The notes beneath the pieces are model-generated. The model saw nothing but the letters and a program-made list of their open reading frames with translations, did no database searches and was not told the origin of the DNA. Positions 51,753 through 57,289 of a stretch of 57,289 nt of DNA are shown here, in pieces. Numbering within the stretch: position 1 is the stretch's first letter; each line of letters starts with the position of its first letter. The stretch is taken from NCBI GenBank assembly GCA_003599175.1, contig QZIY01000013.1:1-57289 (forward strand), given 5' to 3'. This DNA is from Candidatus Parcubacteria bacterium. GTDB taxonomy: Bacteria; Patescibacteriota; Minisyncoccia; Phycocordibacterales; UBA2100. A program made the position numbers and the translations under genes.

Positions 51753-52679
51753 TCATATCCCGCCCGAGAGGAAGAGAAGATACGTCCCAAAAATAACAAT
51801 GCTCATAGCAAGTGCTTTCTGTACGAGGTGCTTGAGGTGAATTTTTTCTCTTGTGAAGTTTGGAAAAAAGAGAGTCAAAAAAATGCCTATGGCGAGTACA
51901 AAAATGGGCTGGAACGAGTCAACAAGGAGTATGAGGGAAATCGGGCCCAAAAGGTATGCGAACGAAAAGACTATATTGCCTAAGATATAGAGACCTTCAT
52001 TCAAAAAATTGAGAGACAGAATTGGAGCAGAGTTTGTTCGTAGCGCCGTTAAAAAATGCCGACGGTAAGACGGAATGCATGCAAATAGAAATACACCGAC
52101 GAGCACCAGCGTAAGATGTTCCCAAAAAAGTGATCGCCACACATTTTCCTCAAGCGCGATGTACTTGAAGAGCACCGAGCCAAGAGCCCAGAAGAAGGAG
52201 GCCGCAAGCATGAGCGTCACTGTTTCGCGACGAAGTTTGAAATTGTTCTCCACATCGATTTCAAATGAAATGATCGTCGCGCCCAAAATAATGATTGTCA
52301 TAGCAATAAACTGGAAGTGTGAAATCGTTTCGCTCAAGAGAAAGTAGCCCAGAATCAAGCCAAACACGGGTACAAGTTGGTAAAACACTATGGCAACAGA
52401 GGCCTCTTCCTTCCTAAGCGCGAGGAGATAGCACCACAGCACGGCCACATTGAGAATGCCAACCATCGCGAGCATAAAAACATGCTTTGAACTTACCGTG
52501 AGCGCTTGCGGGTCTGCCCAAAAAATAAACGGCAGAGCGGCGCCAGAAAGAAGCGACGAAAAGAGGACCAGCGTTCCGACACCGCCTTGTTTGAAGTGTT
52601 TATCGAGGAGATGTTTGTCGATGTGATTCGTGAGCGCATAGAGAAAGGGCCCAATGAGCGCAAAGAGAAACCAGCTCAT
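51753..52679 (-). CDS. EamA/DMT-family transporter (10 TM)
   Basis: Two EamA-like halves. Hydrophobic throughout. Confidence 0.85.
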   Translation of the reverse strand: MSWFLFALIGPFLYALTNHIDKHLLDKHFKQGGVGTLVLFSSLLSGAALPFIFWADPQALTVSSKHVFMLAMVGILNVAVLWCYLLALRKEEASVAIVFYQLVPVFGLILGYFLLSETISHFQFIAMTIIILGATIISFEIDVENNFKLRRETVTLMLAASFFWALGSVLFKYIALEENVWRSLFWEHLTLVLVGVFLFACIPSYRRHFLTALRTNSAPILSLNFLNEGLYILGNIVFSFAYLLGPISLILLVDSFQPIFVLAIGIFLTLFFPNFTREKIHLKHLVQKALAMSIVIFGTYLLFLSGGI

Positions 52680-53614
52680 ACAGTGATTTCCCGCTGTGTT
52701 TCAGAAACGATGTATTTCTTGAGAAATTCCGCGGGATGGTATGTACTCTTTGCCTTGCGCAGACCCTCCATATCGAGATCTTGCTCCCAATTCCACAGCT
52801 GCACGTTGTGCTTCAAGAGGTGCTGCGCAATTTTTTCGTTCATAAATTCATATATTCCCTTGTATTCGACATCTCCCTTAACAAAGTGAGAAATTGCGTA
52901 CGGTTTTTGCACAATCTCGTCGATTCCAAATCCAATAATGGCGTCCTTCCAAAAAACGCACGATACGAAAATGTCGCCTCCCCGAGCGAGAGCTTCCGCA
53001 TGGGCAAGAAGTCGAAGAATTGCCGCTTCCTCATGGGCAAGATCGTAGGCGCTGTTACGTGCCTTTTTCCGCTCGCCCCATCTTCGAAAGAGTGTCATCA
53101 GGTGTGGGTGGATGCTCGCATCTGTAATAGGCCGAATCTCAAATCGAGCTTCAGGGTGGAGCTCCGGAAATGTCCGCGCAAGACGATGTTTTACCTTCAG
53201 TCCCGCGTTTTCCGAGTTGGCGAGCTTTTCGATGGCATATACATAATCAAAATTGCGCCTATCTTCCCGCACAGTTAACCCTGATGTTTCGAGTTGTCGT
53301 GCGGACTCCTCCGGCACAAAATGCAGTTCTGGCCTCATCCCGGATGATTTTGCGAACTCCAAAAGCTTGTAAGCGGTATCCGGGCACTCATTCGTACCGA
53401 TAAAAGAAAGAAAGGACTCGCTCGTCACATAATCGGTAAATAAAAGAACGAGGTTGCCATTTAGATCACATATACTCCCCTTTTCCAGGAGATTCCACTC
53501 CCAAAGATTGGTGAAATTGAAATCCGAATACGGCTTGAAACGAACAGTATACGTTCCTACCTCAGCCCTTTGATCGGCCCGTATTTTTTGGAAGTCCGGA
53601 AACGAAGAGATCAT
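52676..53614 (-). CDS. DUF2156-like (MprF C-terminal-type) aminoacyl-tRNA-dependent transferase domain protein
   Basis: FNFTNLWEWN..., DYVY, KHRLARTF, HFVKGDVEYKGIYEF, NWEQDLDMEGLRKAKSTYHP follow the DUF2156 pattern (N.eqDlG..gLr..K.sy.P). Called from memory. Confidence 0.6.
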   Translation of the reverse strand: MISSFPDFQKIRADQRAEVGTYTVRFKPYSDFNFTNLWEWNLLEKGSICDLNGNLVLLFTDYVTSESFLSFIGTNECPDTAYKLLEFAKSSGMRPELHFVPEESARQLETSGLTVREDRRNFDYVYAIEKLANSENAGLKVKHRLARTFPELHPEARFEIRPITDASIHPHLMTLFRRWGERKKARNSAYDLAHEEAAILRLLAHAEALARGGDIFVSCVFWKDAIIGFGIDEIVQKPYAISHFVKGDVEYKGIYEFMNEKIAQHLLKHNVQLWNWEQDLDMEGLRKAKSTYHPAEFLKKYIVSETQREITV

Positions 53615-53666
53615 ACTGTTGGAGTTGTTGTGATGAAGAGTACCACGTGTAAGAATACTAATATGT

Positions 53667-54500
53667 TTATTGTTGCGGCTTGCTTTCCAAGGCAAGAGCC
53701 GCGTCTATTTTTTGCACGTTTTGCGCTACCGCATCATGGAACGTCGCAATCCCCTCGCCCGCGACAGCCGGATCGTTGCCCGGATAGCTGTGGAGCCACT
53801 CTTCCTTGCTGATGTTTTGTACCTGCGCCCATGCTTTTTGGACACGTTCGTGAGCTTTCTCTATGTCCCCTATTTCATAGAGAGCGATTGCGCTCGAGTT
53901 GAGGAGCCATGGATTTTCCGGAAAATGTTTCAGGCCCTCTTCGGTTGCACGAGCAGCTTCTTCGAATCGCTCGTCCTTAAGAAGCACCCACGCATAGTCA
54001 TTGATCGCCGCCCAGTTGTATGGAGCAACTTTCAAAAACTTTTCATAATCTTCCGCCGCGCTCGCATAGTCGCCCATATACCCTTCGATCAATCCCCGCA
54101 CGTAGTATGAATTGGGGGTGTCTTTGCCGTGCTTTTGGATTTGCAGATTGATATGAAAAAGTGCGGTACTAAAATCACCCTTCAAAAACGCGACTCGTGC
54201 CAATTGGTGATGCACATAAAGTAGATTGGGGTCTAACTTGACTGCCTGTTTCAAAAACGTCTCCGCTGCCTGGATATCATAGTGGCGAGGATCTTCTCCA
54301 TCCATATGCTGTGTCCCATATTTGTATGCACGGTCCCCAGACGGATCAATTTTCATCATGAGTCGCTCGTGTGCTATTTGCAACGTGAGCGGCGCCGAAG
54401 TTTGTGTTGTAATGACAGCAAGGATGAATACGATCACGAGACCACCCGTAATCCAGCGCAAATCAATCGAGGAAAAATTTTTCTTGCGCATACTATTCAT
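53667..54500 (-). CDS. TPR-repeat protein with N-terminal membrane anchor
   Basis: TM helix WITGGLVIVFILAVI followed by about 5 TPR-like repeats. Confidence 0.8.
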   Translation of the reverse strand: MNSMRKKNFSSIDLRWITGGLVIVFILAVITTQTSAPLTLQIAHERLMMKIDPSGDRAYKYGTQHMDGEDPRHYDIQAAETFLKQAVKLDPNLLYVHHQLARVAFLKGDFSTALFHINLQIQKHGKDTPNSYYVRGLIEGYMGDYASAAEDYEKFLKVAPYNWAAINDYAWVLLKDERFEEAARATEEGLKHFPENPWLLNSSAIALYEIGDIEKAHERVQKAWAQVQNISKEEWLHSYPGNDPAVAGEGIATFHDAVAQNVQKIDAALALESKPQQ

Positions 54501-54939
54501 TTACCTGCGTCCTCGCGTTTTCAATAGGCAGACCTTCTATCATCCAATTGCGCAACCCTCCCTCAATACGCCGCAAATTGAGAAAGCCTTGATGCTCGAG
54601 GTAGCCGTACGCAACGCCGGAGAGGCTGCCTCCCGTGCAAATGAGTACAATCGTCTTCCCTTTTTTTGGAAGTTCTCCATGTCGCTCAAAAAGTTTCTGG
54701 ATAGGAATATTAACTGAGCCTTGGGCGTGATTTTCTTCGTAATCCGCGACTTGGCGTACATCGATAAACAGATAGTTGTCGGGGTTTGCGCGGTAGTCTG
54801 TCCAGAATTCCACCGGATCGATGTCATTCGTCACTGGCTGGATGATATTCAAATTTTTGAGTGGCGTCAGATAGATCGCAAGCACGGTAACAACTATCGA
54901 TGCTATCGTCGGACCAACAATGACGTATGTATTTTTCAT
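54493..54939 (-). CDS. membrane-anchored rhodanese-domain protein
   Basis: Rhodanese layout with active-site loop LICTGGSLSG. Confidence 0.8.
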   Translation of the reverse strand: MKNTYVIVGPTIASIVVTVLAIYLTPLKNLNIIQPVTNDIDPVEFWTDYRANPDNYLFIDVRQVADYEENHAQGSVNIPIQKLFERHGELPKKGKTIVLICTGGSLSGVAYGYLEHQGFLNLRRIEGGLRNWMIEGLPIENARTQVNE

Positions 54940-54951
54940 GCAAACAGTGTA

Positions 54952-56580
54952 CTACACGTTTTCTTCCTTGTGCGGAGCCTTGTATTTCGAATATCTACCG
55001 GGCGACATAATATTGTCCGGATCCAACGCTTTTTTAATTTTCTCCGCCGTCTGCCAAAACGGATGATCCATATCCACGACCATATCCATCGCCGACGTAG
55101 GTGCGCGATACACATAAATACCCTTTTCTTTACACTTCACAAATAACTCCCGATAGCATGCATGCGCCCGCCTCGTCTCTTCTGGATCGTTTTTGTCAAA
55201 AAGTATCGGCAATGACATTCGAAGACATCGATCGGAAAAATTATTAAATGAAATCAGCGGTTCTATAGCATGTGTTGCGCAAATTTTTTCAGAAATCCTT
55301 ATTGCCTCTTCGACATAACTGCGAGAAATCGGTAAAACAATTGAGAAGAAGATTAACCCAGCATGTATATCGCGATCGTAGTCATTGTTTTCTACATTCG
55401 ACAGAAGTCGACCGCGTTTCCAAAAAGGCAACCTTGGTTTTTTAAAAGGCAGCATGCCAGAGCTAACTCTCAAGTAAGATCTCAATACAATTAGAAACAA
55501 AAATCGCTGACGGATTTTGGCAGGCAATTTCCTACAAAAAAACTCCATCCAACGAATTTTTTTATCATGTGCGAACATTATTTTTTGTGAGAACAATCGT
55601 CGCAATGATGTATGGGCCGCTTCCACAACTGGCCTCTCACCCTGCAATGTCCCGAGTATGATCCATCCGTCAAGTGAATGCAGTTTCAAAGCTTTTGTAA
55701 CAGAAGCGGGATCGAGAACGCCATTGTCAAGCACGTCTGCTTTAGAATATTCCTTTAGACGTGAGAAAGTGGTTGTAGGGCTTTGAATTCTAATACTTGT
55801 CAGAGTTGATCCAAGTGCAAAAAAAGCTTTTTGAATCAATGGAATAATTTTACAAAATTCTTCATATCTCTTGATACGTATCATGAAAACCTCCGTTCTT
55901 TCTGGAATTGGAGCAAGAGAAATTGTCATACGCGTTACGATCCCGAATCCACTTTCTCCAAATAAACCGTCAATATATGGTCCAACACCCCATCTAAAGA
56001 ATCCTCCTGTCGTCGATTCGTCTGCGAATGCAGAACGGTACACTGATCCATCTGCTAAAACCGCTTCAATATGCATGATGGTTGAAAACCGATCAATAAT
56101 GGCAGATGCACCATTACCTCTATCAAGGGCATTGCCGACAATGCTGACATTCGGTCCGGCGATCGACACAGGCGGCATATAAGGAGCGGAATTGCTAATC
56201 AAATAATCATGTAATTGCTTCGCTGTCACTCCTGGCTCAATGGTAATCAAACCTGAGTCAACGTCCATGTGTACAATCTTATTCATTTTTGAAAGATCAA
56301 GGACGATACAGGAGTCATCTGAAGGTACACGACTCCCATAGCCCCAATTATTGCCAATGCTTATTGGATACAGCGGAATTCTTTGCTTGGCGGCAATTTT
56401 TACAATCGCCGCGACTTCATAAGCATTCAAAGGGAAAGCGACGCCAATTATCTTCCTTTTTTTTGAACTGAGGGTTGAGGTTGTATATTTCTCTAATTTT
56501 TCTTGCGCCGTGAAAACTCTCTCGGTGCCCAAGGCGATCGCCAACTCTTCCAGTGCTTGCCGTCTCCTATCTGTAAGCAT
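54952..56580 (-). CDS. FAD-binding (PCMH/FAD_binding_4) oxidoreductase
   Basis: N-terminal FAD-binding module (VAFPLNAYEVAAIVKIAAKQRIPLYPISIGNNWGYG) and C-terminal ALDPDNIMSPGRY. Confidence 0.85.
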   Translation of the reverse strand: MLTDRRRQALEELAIALGTERVFTAQEKLEKYTTSTLSSKKRKIIGVAFPLNAYEVAAIVKIAAKQRIPLYPISIGNNWGYGSRVPSDDSCIVLDLSKMNKIVHMDVDSGLITIEPGVTAKQLHDYLISNSAPYMPPVSIAGPNVSIVGNALDRGNGASAIIDRFSTIMHIEAVLADGSVYRSAFADESTTGGFFRWGVGPYIDGLFGESGFGIVTRMTISLAPIPERTEVFMIRIKRYEEFCKIIPLIQKAFFALGSTLTSIRIQSPTTTFSRLKEYSKADVLDNGVLDPASVTKALKLHSLDGWIILGTLQGERPVVEAAHTSLRRLFSQKIMFAHDKKIRWMEFFCRKLPAKIRQRFLFLIVLRSYLRVSSGMLPFKKPRLPFWKRGRLLSNVENNDYDRDIHAGLIFFSIVLPISRSYVEEAIRISEKICATHAIEPLISFNNFSDRCLRMSLPILFDKNDPEETRRAHACYRELFVKCKEKGIYVYRAPTSAMDMVVDMDHPFWQTAEKIKKALDPDNIMSPGRYSKYKAPHKEENV

Positions 56581-56672
56581 GCGCTAAAAGTAGCATAAAC
56601 AAAACGACCGCTCCTCCGTGGAGTGCGGCCGTGCCCGATGTGCGCTCGAGCTTTGGGGAAAGATGGGACGAC

Positions 56673-57086
56673 TCACTGGCGCTTCATCGACAGCTTGAAC
56701 CAGTAGTTGGCTGTCTTGAGGTCACCCTCGCCGTTGGCGCCGGTTGTGTACGTTGCTGCGCCGATGGCCACGTACAGCCCCCCGCCGGAGCTGGGCTGGG
56801 CGGACGGCTTTTGGCCGTTGTGGGTGAACGTGCCAGTCGAGTTTATGCACCCGATCTGGTACGTCCCGGCCAGATAGCCGGATTGGTACACGCCCGTGAT
56901 GACAAACTCGGCTGGGTACGCCACCGCCCCACTGCAATCGCCGGTCTGGATCCATTTTCCCGCCAGCGTGCTCGGGAGCACGCTCTCCTGCGGGGTTCCG
57001 GGCGGCATAGTGCTGCCGGAGCCTTGAGCGTACGCCGCCGAGACCGATATCATCATTAAAGCAGCGCCGAACGCGAGCCTGATCAT
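56673..57086 (-). CDS. small secreted protein, GC-rich relative to the adjacent island
   Basis: Signal peptide MIRLAFGAALMMISVSAAYA. Gly/Thr/Tyr-rich mature part. No family recognised. Confidence 0.5.
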   Translation of the reverse strand: MIRLAFGAALMMISVSAAYAQGSGSTMPPGTPQESVLPSTLAGKWIQTGDCSGAVAYPAEFVITGVYQSGYLAGTYQIGCINSTGTFTHNGQKPSAQPSSGGGLYVAIGAATYTTGANGEGDLKTANYWFKLSMKRQ

Positions 57087-57289
57087 AATCGCCAACTCCT
57101 TCTGCGATTCGGACAATGAGCTTCAGTAGCCCATCATTCCTGCTGCGTAATACAGCAATATTAATAAAATGTCAATGAAGATGGTGCTAGTGTCAGAGCA
57201 AAGCGATTAGTGCATCTTGTGGAGTTTTAGCGGGCGTTGTGTGATTTTTTCGCAGTTTCTGCGGCCGCTGCCTTGCGCCACGGATGACC

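Noticed and set aside
57227-57289. Partial minus-strand CDS end (…GHPWRKAAAAETAKKSHNAR*) at the window edge
   Set aside because: Only 20 codons are visible, too short to support any call.

Overview
Gene-dense 57.3-kb bacterial chromosomal window. My best guess for its origin is a Patescibacteria/CPR-like organism (inference only). The grounds are domain-reduced housekeeping proteins (RSH ending after TGS, AspRS without the GAD insert, ATP-synthase epsilon without C-terminal helices), a DUF5671-like membrane protein, many tiny ORFs and a free-standing LAGLIDADG gene. Core content: rpmG, tRNA-Trp, eno, miaA, tRNA-Leu, parB, RSH, topA, atpD-atpC, ychF, leuS, cysS, corA-like, ctpA, rplI, rpmA, plus one long minus-strand run trpS-aspS-scpA-scpB-dac-mraY-ftsW-murG-gltX-M23 peptidase. 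Accessory content is in two low-GC regions. The first, at ~27.4-30.0 kb, holds a Zn-ribbon PD-(D/E)xK nuclease, a small GIY-YIG-like ORF, an ori-like non-coding stretch and a doc toxin-antitoxin pair. The second runs from ~43.7 kb to at least 56.6 kb and holds a divergent GAPDH-like gene, hydrolases, a DapF-like epimerase, a GSP-synthase-like ATP-grasp ligase, HAD, an orphan 7TM histidine kinase, a SET-domain protein, an EamA exporter, a DUF2156-like aminoacyl-tRNA transferase, TPR, rhodanese and an FAD oxidase. Its left edge is marked by fossil fragments of trpS and of a histidine-kinase 3' end. Most striking observations: (1) a 1136-aa LeuRS whose CP1 editing domain is flanked by two complete extra hydrolase domains, an RBBP9/YdeN-type alpha/beta serine hydrolase and a Nudix domain with a perfect Nudix box; (2) a family of ~105-130-nt intergenic elements with conserved core strings and covarying stems; (3) inverted arrays of 7-nt repeats bridging the stop codon of one gene and the start codon of the next (atpD/atpC, scpA/scpB), plus related G-poor heptad leaders; (4) -10 boxes only 5-10 nt from start codons, suggesting largely leaderless initiation for operon-first genes. 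No rRNA, CRISPR array, transposase or integrase was seen. All family names come from motif recognition by eye; nothing was searched.
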